A DNA stretch of 64,000 nucleotides from Acidobacteriota bacterium. GTDB lineage: Bacteria > Acidobacteriota > UBA6911. The position numbers and the translations under genes were made by a program. Below are positions 40,034-49,032 of this stretch, piece by piece (positions within the stretch are counted from its first letter, which is position 1; each line of letters opens with the position of its first letter). The stretch lies in contig OY761556.1 in the NCBI GenBank assembly GCA_963664705.1, positions 4,032,001 to 4,096,000 on the forward strand, read 5' to 3'. A model generated the notes under the pieces. That model had not been told where the DNA came from. It worked only from the letters and a program-made list of their open reading frames with translations, and made no database searches.

Positions 40034-40483
40034 TTACTCCGATTTCCGCACGCACAGCGCACGTCCGCCGCTGCCATGTCCGGAGGCACGTGTAAGGGTT
40101 CTGCCGCCGTAGCTGAAACAGAAATTCCACACTTCTCCGGAAGGATTGAGAGATGAACTCGGGACGCAACTATCGCTCAGCGTAATCGTTCCCTTGACCC
40201 GGTAGCTCTTCTTCGAGTTCCTGTCGTAAAGATTCTCAAGTTCATCGATGGTCGGCAGACGCCAATCAGAAAATCCGCCCGTACGCAGTGCCGTGCAGTA
40301 TTCTTTTGCCTGGCCCTGATTTACATCGACGCCGTTGTCTTTGCCCGCCCATGTCAAGCCTGCCGCAGTGTCTTTCCATATTTCCGCTGCCGACTGGGCT
40401 AAGAGTACCTGTGCGCCGCAGAACACGATGGCACCGCACAACACAAGTTTGATTGCGTAGTTGAAACTCCTGTTCCTGATCAT
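40034..40483 (-). CDS. DUF1566 (Lcl C-terminal) domain protein, secreted
   Basis: WKDTAAGLTW, AKEYC..L..GGFSDWRLPTIDEL, and RALCVR at the C-terminus. Confidence 0.88.
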   Translation of the reverse strand: MIRNRSFNYAIKLVLCGAIVFCGAQVLLAQSAAEIWKDTAAGLTWAGKDNGVDVNQGQAKEYCTALRTGGFSDWRLPTIDELENLYDRNSKKSYRVKGTITLSDSCVPSSSLNPSGEVWNFCFSYGGRTLTRASGHGSGGRALCVRKSE

Positions 40484-40685
40484 ATCCTCATCCTTTCACT
40501 AGATAGAGCCGCGTCGGGCCTAGTACATATCACATTTGCCCCTAATCTACCTACGACATAAGCCGGCACACGTTGCACCGCACATGAATTTTCTTTATTG
40601 TGGAAGCCATGCTTGGCTATAAAGTGGGGGTTGTCGAAGGGTTTTGCTCCCAATTCATCACAAGTCATTCAAGAAAGGATAAACA

Positions 40686-41639
40686 ATGAAACGTGTTGGA
40701 ATCATTCCGGTCATCGCAGTGGCCATGCTGCTGTTTACCGCCGCCGGCAATGCCGCCCCAAATGTGGACTGTAATCGTCAATGTCTGGCAGGTTTCATGA
40801 CAACCTATCTCAATGCCGTGGTCGCCCACAATGCCTCCAAATTGCCGGTTACGAAAAACGTGAAATATACGGAAAACGGTGTGCGGCTAAACCTGAATGA
40901 TGGGCTGTGGCAGACAGCATCGGCACTGCCGACATACCGCGTCGATGTTCTGGATGAAGAGGCCGGCCAGGTCGGGCTGCTTGGCAGAATTAATGAAAAT
41001 GGAAACAACAACTGGTTCGCCGTGCGCCTCAAAGTGGAAATGGGCAAACAGATTTCCGAAATCGAAACCTTGATAGTGCGAAGCCTGAGCAGCGGAATGC
41101 CGGAAGGCACTCCCACCGGGACGATCCACAAAGAAGCTCATCCGCTCATGATGGAAGCCATCCCGGAAGCGAAAAGATCGGCCCGACCGGACCTCATCCG
41201 CATCGGAGACAGCTATTTTACCGGGCTGGATACGGAAGAGAGCGGCAAGAATGTTTCCTTTGACCCGGACTGCCAGCGCCGTGAAAACGGCATGATAACG
41301 TCCAACAACCCCGATGCACCCAAAGGCTCGATGCAATGGATGGGCTGCAAAGCCCAATTTGACACGGGATTCTCCGTTATCGTCACGGATATACGCGAAC
41401 GACGGTTCATTGCGGATCCGGTGACTGGCCTCGCCTTTGGATGGGGATATTTCGACCATGACGGCAGTGTGGCAAAAATGTCCAACACGCCCGACGGCAA
41501 ACTGACCGATGTTGCGCCGACCTTCCGTCAGCCGTTTTCATTCAACATTGCCGAGATTTTCAAAATCAAAGACGGCAAGATTCGACAGATTGAAGCCGTG
41601 CTCGGAACAGTTCCTTACGGCATGTCATCCGGCTGGTGA
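40686..41639 (+). CDS. Secreted hypothetical protein with two tandem NTF2-like repeats
   Basis: AAGGA RBS and signal peptide; internal duplication (YTENG / RRENG; ISEIETL / IRQIEAV). Confidence 0.75.
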   Translation: MKRVGIIPVIAVAMLLFTAAGNAAPNVDCNRQCLAGFMTTYLNAVVAHNASKLPVTKNVKYTENGVRLNLNDGLWQTASALPTYRVDVLDEEAGQVGLLGRINENGNNNWFAVRLKVEMGKQISEIETLIVRSLSSGMPEGTPTGTIHKEAHPLMMEAIPEAKRSARPDLIRIGDSYFTGLDTEESGKNVSFDPDCQRRENGMITSNNPDAPKGSMQWMGCKAQFDTGFSVIVTDIRERRFIADPVTGLAFGWGYFDHDGSVAKMSNTPDGKLTDVAPTFRQPFSFNIAEIFKIKDGKIRQIEAVLGTVPYGMSSGW

Positions 41640-41643
41640 TTTT

Positions 41644-41722
41644 GATTGACGATTTGCGATTGACGATTGTGAACCACCGTGGGAAGCGCGCGGGTACGAT
41701 CGTCAATCGCAAATCTGCAATC
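41644..41722. repeat. Inverted repeat built from heptamer tandem units (GATTGAC/GATTTGC)
   Basis: Left arm GATTGACGATTTGCGATTGACGATTG (41644-41669) and right arm CGATCGTCAATCGCAAATCTGCAATC (41697-41722) are complementary at 23 of 26 positions. Confidence 0.8.
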
Positions 41723-41723
41723 G

Positions 41724-43085
41724 TCAATTCTGGAATTCAGATTTCCTCTGATCTATCCTCCGCGTCATCCTTGAATAGATAAACAGCGCGACTGCCGACA
41801 CCAGCCCGATTGCGGCAAAGTAATACCAGATGTAATTGGCATGGGCATATGCCGTAGCCATCTGTTCCGGAATTACTGTTTTCGGATCGGGGCAATATTT
41901 TGTCAAAAGATACCCGGAGAGTCCAAAACCGAGGAAATTGGCAATAAAGGAGTGCAAATGCCCGAATCCCAGATACAAGCCTTCCTCGCCGCTGGGAGCC
42001 TGCTTGGAAAAAAACTCGAGGTAACGTGGAGAGATGAAGCACTCTGCCAACCCCTGGAGAATAATACCGGCAATAAGCGTCACTGTAATTGGATGCGCGG
42101 CGATACCGAACGGAAGCAACACAGGAGACCCCAGTTTCGCTTCCAGCAACGGACTCGACGCCATGCAGAGCGCAGAAAATGGCATCAGGCACATGCCAAT
42201 ATTCATCGCTGTAACAGCGGCGGATTTTTTCATGAGTTGCGTAATCACCACAACACAGAGTACGACCACCGCCGGATTGACATTTGCAATCCACTCCGGG
42301 GAGGCGTCCCTCCCGACCAGTCGGATTACGTATTTGGGCATGGTTGCGTACATCTGATGCTGGATCATCCAGAACCCGGACACAATCAGAATCAGTGTTA
42401 CGAGTCGAGGATTGCGCAGGACCCGGAGCAGGCTGGTCCAGACCTCCTTCAACCTCTTCCCTTCCCCTTCGGCGCTGACGTTCCGGTAAAAGAGAAAGAC
42501 AACCAGTACGGCAATAAAACACAGGATTGCGGAAAAGTAGTTGATGGATTCCAGCCCCAGGTTAAGTCTCAGCGGATAGGCCATGGATTTGCCCGAAAAG
42601 GATCCCACATTGACGATGCCATAAAATATGGAGTACGCCCGTGCGCGCTGGTCTGGAGTGGAAGTCTTGGCAACGGTCCCCGTGATAAGCCCCTTTATGA
42701 AGGATCCCCCGATGATGAGAATCACGATTGACGGAACAACCGTCAATTTGTGGGGAATGGCACCGAGCGCAAAGAAACCGAGAGAAAGCAGGCTAAAAGC
42801 GATGAGCATCGCGCGGCGAAACCCGAGCTTATCTGCAAACGCTCCCGTAAACGGCGGCAGGAAATAGACACCGGCCGAGTAAAATCCGGAGAGCCAGGCG
42901 GCCTCGACATCATTGAAACCGACAACATTTGAGAGGTACAGCGTAAAAGTGATGAAGACAGCATAAAACGAGGCCCGTTCCAGCAGCTCGACGGTATTGG
43001 CTATCCAAAAGGCTGCCGGAAAATCCCACGATATTTTTCCGTCCACTTCGTTCCTTTCATTGGCAATAGGGTCCGGATCCTGCAC
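41724..43085 (-). CDS. POT/PTR-family proton-dependent oligopeptide transporter (MFS)
   Basis: ExxER motif (VELLERASFY), GAFADKLGFRR, YSIFYGIVNVGS, AECFISP; about 12 TMs. Confidence 0.88.
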   Translation of the reverse strand: MQDPDPIANERNEVDGKISWDFPAAFWIANTVELLERASFYAVFITFTLYLSNVVGFNDVEAAWLSGFYSAGVYFLPPFTGAFADKLGFRRAMLIAFSLLSLGFFALGAIPHKLTVVPSIVILIIGGSFIKGLITGTVAKTSTPDQRARAYSIFYGIVNVGSFSGKSMAYPLRLNLGLESINYFSAILCFIAVLVVFLFYRNVSAEGEGKRLKEVWTSLLRVLRNPRLVTLILIVSGFWMIQHQMYATMPKYVIRLVGRDASPEWIANVNPAVVVLCVVVITQLMKKSAAVTAMNIGMCLMPFSALCMASSPLLEAKLGSPVLLPFGIAAHPITVTLIAGIILQGLAECFISPRYLEFFSKQAPSGEEGLYLGFGHLHSFIANFLGFGLSGYLLTKYCPDPKTVIPEQMATAYAHANYIWYYFAAIGLVSAVALFIYSRMTRRIDQRKSEFQN

Positions 43086-43148
43086 AATAAGGTCACGTGC
43101 GTTGATTTCCTACAATAGTGTATTTGGAAAGGGAAAGGTACCGCTGCT

Positions 43149-43487
43149 GTGAAGGAAAATTCTCCCAATAACCCCGTACGAGGACCCGAAAGACTTTTCC
43201 CGTTCGTAAGAAGGGCCCGCATCCTGATTGTCGGACGCGACAATCTTGCGCGCAGTCGAAGCAAACTGCACTTCCTGCTGATCACCGTCGATCTGTCCGA
43301 ATCCAGTCGTTCGGAAATACTCTCTCAATTTGCCCACTATCCCATCGTGCAGCATTACCGCATGGAAGACCTGCAGTCATTTTTTGGGTTGAAGGGCACC
43401 AAGGTGATTGGATTCGCCAAATCCGAGCTTGCACAATCCATTTACGCCGCGTTAAAGCAACACCGCATCAACACAGGCCCCAACTAA
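43149..43487 (+). CDS. Small basic protein, probable L7Ae/YlxQ-like RNA-binding fold
   Basis: Pattern FVRRARILIVG...LLITVDLSESSR...EDLQSFFG...VIGF resembles L7Ae/YlxQ proteins. Assignment is by eye. Confidence 0.55.
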   Translation: MKENSPNNPVRGPERLFPFVRRARILIVGRDNLARSRSKLHFLLITVDLSESSRSEILSQFAHYPIVQHYRMEDLQSFFGLKGTKVIGFAKSELAQSIYAALKQHRINTGPN

Positions 43488-43520
43488 CCGGCTGGAATCC
43501 CGCCAGCCTGATTAAACGAA

Positions 43521-43563
43521 TTCCTCACAATTCCCTCACAACTTCCCTCCAACGCTATTCGTC
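43521..43563 (+). promoter_or_regulatory. Direct repeats one helical turn apart plus an ECF-like promoter
   Basis: CTCACA at 43524 and 43535 (11-bp period), with a third degenerate copy; AAC-17 nt-CGTC at 43540-43563. Confidence 0.4.
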
Positions 43564-43637
43564 TATGAGAGTGAAAAGAGCGGGAACACCGAAACCCAGG
43601 GGGGAATTGGGTAACCGCCGGACCAACTGGAGGAGCC

Positions 43638-44054
43638 ATGAGAAAGAATTCGATCATTTTGTGTGTTGTTGCCATCTGCACTCTTTTTTCGAGCTTTGCA
43701 CTTGCCGGCACAGGAACCACCATGCGCGTCAATGTCCCCTTTGAATTCTACGCAGGAGACCAGCCGCTGCCGGCCGGCGAATATGTCTTCCAGATGAAAT
43801 CGGGTGCCGCCGCCCAGGGATCCCTGGTTGCAATCCATTCTAAAAACGGAGGGGCGATCTGCCTGCTGGCCACACGACCGGGCACTGATTTTGAAGAGGG
43901 GCAGCTTCGTTTCAACAAATATGGAAATAAACACTTTCTGACAAGCATTTCCATCCATGGGACTAACGCAGAAGTCCCGACAATAAGGCTCGAAAAGGAA
44001 CTGAGAGCCCAGGATGAACGAGATCACCAGGTTCAAACCATTGCCCAACGATAG
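43638..44054 (+). CDS. Secreted hypothetical protein (beta-rich, Acidobacteria-type)
   Basis: GGAGG RBS and signal peptide; VNVPFEFYAGDQPLPAGEY...LRFNKYGNKHFL pattern. Confidence 0.8.
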   Translation: MRKNSIILCVVAICTLFSSFALAGTGTTMRVNVPFEFYAGDQPLPAGEYVFQMKSGAAAQGSLVAIHSKNGGAICLLATRPGTDFEEGQLRFNKYGNKHFLTSISIHGTNAEVPTIRLEKELRAQDERDHQVQTIAQR

Positions 44055-44068
44055 GCTGACAGGCCGGC

Positions 44069-44115
44069 AAAAAAAAAGGCCGGGAATAGCGATTCTGAAC
44101 TGTTCCCGGCCTTTT
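44069..44115. terminator. Bidirectional Rho-independent terminator
   Basis: A9-GGCCGGGAATAG...CTGTTCCCGGCC-T4 between convergent genes. Confidence 0.85.
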
Positions 44116-44166
44116 CAACACTACCTTTTTGCAACTTATACACTTATTCCATACATTATTGTACGA

Positions 44167-44556
44167 TCATCCCTTTGGCGCTTTTTCGCCCCGCCGGACA
44201 TCGATATCATCGGGATACATCAGTGCCTCCCTGCCGCGCTCTCCCGTTCGGATTCGGACAACATCCTCTACAGGATAGACAAAAATCAAACCATCCCCTT
44301 CCTTCCCTGTTCGCGCGGCACCAGTAATGGTCTCAATGGCCTTTTCCACGTTGTGATCGCTCAAAATGACATTAACCTGCATTTTAGGCAGCAGATCCAT
44401 GTGGTAGGACGTTCCTCTCCAGGAAAGCTCTACACCACCCTGGCGGCCGTGACCACGCACCTCGAAAACATTCATCCCCACGATACCGATTGCCTGAAGC
44501 GCGTTTTTCACAGCATCCAGGGCTTCTTCCCTTATGAAAATTTCAAGTTTTTTCAT
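44167..44556 (-). CDS. glnK: P-II nitrogen regulatory protein (GlnK-like)
   Basis: VRGHGRQ...RGTSY..DLLPK, ARTGKEGDGLIFV, VRIRTGE; 1 bp downstream of amtB. Confidence 0.88.
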   Translation of the reverse strand: MKKLEIFIREEALDAVKNALQAIGIVGMNVFEVRGHGRQGGVELSWRGTSYHMDLLPKMQVNVILSDHNVEKAIETITGAARTGKEGDGLIFVYPVEDVVRIRTGERGREALMYPDDIDVRRGEKAPKG

Positions 44557-44557
44557 T

Positions 44558-46129
44558 TTATACCCCCTTCATAGTGGCTGCGATCTTGGCCATGGAATGC
44601 TTCGAAGGCATTTGACGAGCCAGGGTTCCATGTGGCATCACCACATCGACGTTGGTATAGCCCGGCATGCCCATTTCCGGCAGATCGAGACCAGTCAATT
44701 CATCCGCCGGGTTCGATCGGAGCAACTTGACGGCATTCAGCAATTTGAAGAACACATACGAAAGACCTGCAACCACCACAAAGATGGATACCGCCTCGAA
44801 CGCTTGCGCCACAATTTGCGTAGAACCGCCGTACAGAAGACCGGTAACCGGGGTGGAGACTCCATTCCATCCTGCTGAATTGGGATTCCCGTTTGCGAAA
44901 ATACCAACGGACAAGACTCCCCAGCATCCGTTGGCAAAGTGCACGGGCACTGCTCCAACCGGGTCATCAATATGCATTTTTTCCAGCGCAAAGGTTACCA
45001 GGCAGACCAGGACACCAGAAATAAGCCCGATCACCACAGCTGCCTTGGATGAAACGAATGCGCAGGGCGCAGTAATCGCTACAAGGCCTGCAAGAATACC
45101 GTTGACCGAAAGGCCCGGATCGGGCTTTTTGGTCGGACCAAACCACCACATGTAAAGCATGGAGGATACGCCACCGGCCGCGCCTGCGAGGAGTGTGTTG
45201 ACAGCAGCCAGAACAGCCAATTCTCTCCCTGTTCCAAGAAATGCCAGCGAGGATCCGGGATTGAACCCAAACCATCCAAAGAACAATATGATTGTTCCCA
45301 GAACGCCCATCGGAATATTGTGGCCCGGCATGGCATTTGCAGATCCATCCTTATTAAATCGCCCAATACGTGGCCCGATAGCAATGGCCCCCGCGAGAGC
45401 GATGGAGCCGCCGATCATATGGACAACGCCCGACCCGGCAAAATCGACCGCTCCATTTCCAAATCCCATGGATCGTCCGATGTTTTGCAGCCAGCCGCCA
45501 CCCCACACCCAATTGCCGACAATGGGATAGATAATCATACTGACCCATAAACTCATCAGGACAAAACCACTGAACTTCATCCGCTCAGCCATTGACCCTG
45601 TGGGGATCGTTGCCGCGGTATCCATAAAAACCATTTGAAAAAGGAAGAATGCCAGGATGCCACCGGTTGACAAAGTAAGGGCAAAGCCGCACCCTCCAAT
45701 TATCCCATGCTGTCCAAAATGCAGCAGTGGCGTGGCAAGATACCCTGTCCAATCCCCAAGCGTCGTGGGAGAGTGAGCCCACTCAGCCAATCCGCGTATT
45801 GCCGGCCATGTATGGTTGACCGCTCCAAATTGCAGTCCAAATCCCAGCAGCCAATAGCCAACGGCGCCAATACAAAAAACCATCATATTCATCATCATGG
45901 TGTGGGAGACATTCTTCGCCCGCGTAAAGCCGGTTTCCACCAGGGCAAAGCCGGCCTGCATAAAAAATACGAGAAATCCCGCAAGAAGCATCCACATAAT
46001 ATTTATGCTGTCACCCAAATCCTTGTTGGTCGGGCCGTTACTCTGGGCCGAGGCGATCCCGCACACAACCAGCAGGAAAACCACAGTCCCAAAGGGAACG
46101 GCCAATCGCCTCACAACCCGCTTCAACAT
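44558..46129 (-). CDS. amtB: Ammonium transporter
   Basis: FMQAGFALVETG, FQMVF, DFAGSGVVH, WFGFN, NGILAGLVAIT, DDPVGAVPVH (both conserved His present). Confidence 0.95.
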   Translation of the reverse strand: MLKRVVRRLAVPFGTVVFLLVVCGIASAQSNGPTNKDLGDSINIMWMLLAGFLVFFMQAGFALVETGFTRAKNVSHTMMMNMMVFCIGAVGYWLLGFGLQFGAVNHTWPAIRGLAEWAHSPTTLGDWTGYLATPLLHFGQHGIIGGCGFALTLSTGGILAFFLFQMVFMDTAATIPTGSMAERMKFSGFVLMSLWVSMIIYPIVGNWVWGGGWLQNIGRSMGFGNGAVDFAGSGVVHMIGGSIALAGAIAIGPRIGRFNKDGSANAMPGHNIPMGVLGTIILFFGWFGFNPGSSLAFLGTGRELAVLAAVNTLLAGAAGGVSSMLYMWWFGPTKKPDPGLSVNGILAGLVAITAPCAFVSSKAAVVIGLISGVLVCLVTFALEKMHIDDPVGAVPVHFANGCWGVLSVGIFANGNPNSAGWNGVSTPVTGLLYGGSTQIVAQAFEAVSIFVVVAGLSYVFFKLLNAVKLLRSNPADELTGLDLPEMGMPGYTNVDVVMPHGTLARQMPSKHSMAKIAATMKGV

Positions 46130-46181
46130 ATGATCATCTCCTCAAAGAAATTTGATCCAATGTAAACACGCAAATACCTAT

Positions 46182-46197
46182 TGCAAACCGCGTGCCA
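46182..46197 (-). promoter_or_regulatory. Sigma-54 (-24/-12) promoter of amtB-glnK
   Basis: Minus strand TGGCACGCGGTTTGCA, an exact match to TGGCACG-N4-TTGCW, about 50 bp upstream of amtB. Confidence 0.9.
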
Positions 46198-46516
46198 ATT
46201 TCGGCGCAAGCAATCACTTTTGCGATACCCTTCCCATAACTATCTATTTTCCAAATTGTTAGGCGGATTGACTGACTTCAGTGCGATGAAAGTCCGCTAC
46301 CGATATTCCTACATATTCTGCAATACAGGCCATACTTGATACATTTTTGTATGATCAAAGAGTCCATAAACCATGAAGGATTCCGAATTTATGCGCCGTA
46401 TCGGATTACATTCACCTAATACAAACAGTTCATCACCAATCCTTGCCGTTGATATCTCCTTCATCGCCGGAAAAGTTTCTAGTGTGATCCACGCCTTTCC
46501 ATGGCATAAGTAGAGC

Positions 46517-47020
46517 ATGGATATGATGCGAGTATTTATTCATGGATTGGAAAGCACCGGCCACGGAACTAAAGGCGTGTTTTTTCGCCAGCGTTATCCC
46601 GACATGATCATCGAGAATTTCGAAGGTCCCTTCTCCCAGCGAATGGAGAAGTTAAACGAGCTTCTTGCAGGGAAAGACAACCTCATCCTGGTTGGATCCA
46701 GCTACGGAGGGCTTATGGCCGCCGTTTATGCATGCCAGAATGAAGGCCGGGTCAAAAAGCTGGTCCTCCTCGCACCGGCGCTGCACCTGGATTCCTACGA
46801 GCCCTTCCTCGGGAAAACCCTTCAAATCCCAATTGTCATTTTCCACGGTCTCCAGGATGACGTGGTCCCGCTGGAAGCGGTTCGAAACGTTGCAGGGCGG
46901 CTGTATTCCAACCACACGTTCAATGCTGTCGACGATGATCATTCGCTTCACGAAACATTTACCACCTACGATTGGGACAAGCTCCTGGAGATAGGACAAA
47001 CATGCCCGAAGGTTTCTTAG
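46517..47020 (+). CDS. Alpha/beta hydrolase (YqiA-like esterase)
   Basis: FIHGLES, nucleophile elbow GSSYGG, HGLQDDVVP, DDH. Confidence 0.85.
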   Translation: MDMMRVFIHGLESTGHGTKGVFFRQRYPDMIIENFEGPFSQRMEKLNELLAGKDNLILVGSSYGGLMAAVYACQNEGRVKKLVLLAPALHLDSYEPFLGKTLQIPIVIFHGLQDDVVPLEAVRNVAGRLYSNHTFNAVDDDHSLHETFTTYDWDKLLEIGQTCPKVS

Positions 47021-47823
47021 CATCCGTGAATCCGCCCGACCCGTTGCCATCCCGATCTAATTGGTTCCTCTTTTCCGGATACCGTCTGCTGGTGAGAACC
47101 GATGGCAATGGGGCCACAGTTCCGCTTACCGACAAGCTGGAAGATCTCGGCACCACAGTAGACATTCCGCTATGCATCGGTACCTTCAAGGGCGCACCCT
47201 GTTTTGCCGCGGAATTGAGAGATGCGGACAACCCTCCCCAAGGACTCCTGCTCGAAGATCTTCGCACACTCTTTGGTCGTATTGAGGACGATCTGTATAC
47301 GGCTGCGCTGACCGCAATCCACCTGATCGAATGGGACAGAAACTCCCGGTTCTGCGGCAAATGCGGGCGGACGCTGACACCGCGAACGGATGTACGCGCC
47401 AAGGAATGCAAGGGATGCAATCGACTGGAATTCCCTCGGCTTTCCCCGGCAATTATCGTTCTTATCGAAAGGGACGACACTTTGCTCCTCGCCCGGTCCG
47501 CCAGATTCCCTGCCGCATTCTTCAGCGTTCTCGCCGGATTCATTGAACCTGGAGAAAGCATGGAGGCCGCAGTGCACCGCGAAGTCATGGAGGAAACCGG
47601 GATCGCCGTGAGGAACATACGGTATTTCGGAAGCCAGCCCTGGCCCTACCCGGACAGCCTGATGATCGGATTCACGGCTCAATACGAGTCGGGAGAAATC
47701 AAAATCGACGGAGAGGAGATTGTCGAAGCCGGATGGTACAGGGTCGATAACATGCCTCAACTACCGGGCAAGGTCAGTATTGCCCGGCAGCTGATTGACT
47801 CCTTCATTGAAAAGCATTCCTGA
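47002..47823 (+). CDS. nudC: NAD(H) diphosphatase / NAD-cap decapping enzyme
   Basis: Zn ribbon FCGKCG...CKGC, Nudix box GFIEPGESMEAAVHREVMEETG, and SQPWPYP signature. Confidence 0.93.
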   Translation: MPEGFLASVNPPDPLPSRSNWFLFSGYRLLVRTDGNGATVPLTDKLEDLGTTVDIPLCIGTFKGAPCFAAELRDADNPPQGLLLEDLRTLFGRIEDDLYTAALTAIHLIEWDRNSRFCGKCGRTLTPRTDVRAKECKGCNRLEFPRLSPAIIVLIERDDTLLLARSARFPAAFFSVLAGFIEPGESMEAAVHREVMEETGIAVRNIRYFGSQPWPYPDSLMIGFTAQYESGEIKIDGEEIVEAGWYRVDNMPQLPGKVSIARQLIDSFIEKHS

Positions 47824-47892
47824 CTCGCTTAGACAACAAAACGCTTCATGCGCTCCCGGCGGTCTCCCGGCTGCTTTCCGGTCAAGCCAACG

Positions 47893-48888
47893 TCATGAGG
47901 GTTCGTGGAGCCCGGAGAGTCTGGGGCTGGATTCAAGAAATCCCATGGCGGCATCGCGGGCTTCCGATACATTCTTTGCATTCAGACATCGCCGGTGGAG
48001 CTCGTGCCCGAAAAAGAAGTTGTTCGAAAAGTAGGCGGTGAATTCCTTCAGCCGCCCAATGGCGCGCTCGGGAGGCAGATCCTCCAGGATATATCGATAC
48101 AAGCGATCCCAGATTTCGGCATGGTTGATTTCCGGGACCGGATCGCCTGCGAACTCGCGAAAAATCCACGGCTTTTCGGCAACAATCCGGCCTAGCATCA
48201 AACCGGAAAGAGGCTGAAAAAAGTCAGGATTATTCGTCACATCTTTCGGAGAACGAATATCTCCATTCCCGATTATGGGGATGCGCGTCTGGGAAGCAAT
48301 CCATGGAAATTCCTTCCAGCGCGCGCGCCTTTTGAGTTTTTCGAAGGAGAAGCGGGGATGCACCGTAATCGCATGGACGCCGGAGTCCTCGAACAATTTC
48401 AATCGATCGACAAAAGGCTCCCGCCAACGTTCGGGATCATCTCCGAGCCTGCATTTCACCGTCAGCGTACCGCCATAACATGCGCGGATACGATTCATCA
48501 CCATCTTCAAACGCCCAAAATCCCGAAACAGAGCGGCGCCTGACGCCTGATGCTGAATTTCGGGCGCAGGGCATCCCAGGTTTATGTCGATGGCTGCGGG
48601 ATGCTGCGCGTCAAGCTTGGCGCAAGCCGCCTCGATATTTTCCTCCCCCGACGTACGCAACTGGTAAATCACCGGGCCTTCACAATCGCGTCGCCTGGAA
48701 AAAGGAGAGGTAGCGGGATTCTCGTGCAGGAATGCCGAGGCCGAAAGCATTTCGGTCGTCAGCGCGCCATAGCCGCCAAAATCGGACAGGAGACGGCGGA
48801 AGGCGGAATTGGTTATCCCCGCCATCGGCGCGAGAAACAATGCCGGCGCAACAATTTTGTCATTCAGGCGAATAGACTCAAAATACAT
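47893..48888 (-). CDS. tRNA-dihydrouridine synthase family protein
   Basis: LAPMAG, DINLGCP, ITVHPR, IGNGD, MLGR. Confidence 0.9.
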   Translation of the reverse strand: MYFESIRLNDKIVAPALFLAPMAGITNSAFRRLLSDFGGYGALTTEMLSASAFLHENPATSPFSRRRDCEGPVIYQLRTSGEENIEAACAKLDAQHPAAIDINLGCPAPEIQHQASGAALFRDFGRLKMVMNRIRACYGGTLTVKCRLGDDPERWREPFVDRLKLFEDSGVHAITVHPRFSFEKLKRRARWKEFPWIASQTRIPIIGNGDIRSPKDVTNNPDFFQPLSGLMLGRIVAEKPWIFREFAGDPVPEINHAEIWDRLYRYILEDLPPERAIGRLKEFTAYFSNNFFFGHELHRRCLNAKNVSEARDAAMGFLESSPRLSGLHEPS

Positions 48889-49032
48889 TACACCTTCCAT
48901 GGGATCCTCAATGATAGCGCAATGGACGGATGGCGAAAACCATCTACTGATCCCGAACGGTCATAATAAATTCGGATTCTGGTGAGATGCCGAAGTTTCC
49001 TGTATAGTTTCGGCTGATACACGAGGATAGCG

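Noticed and set aside
41644-41722. Possible CRISPR array
   Set aside because: Units are 7-nt tandem repeats without unique spacers, and no cas genes are present.
46309-46518. 69-aa minus-strand ORF upstream of amtB
   Set aside because: AT-rich divergent promoter region with no RBS or homology signal.
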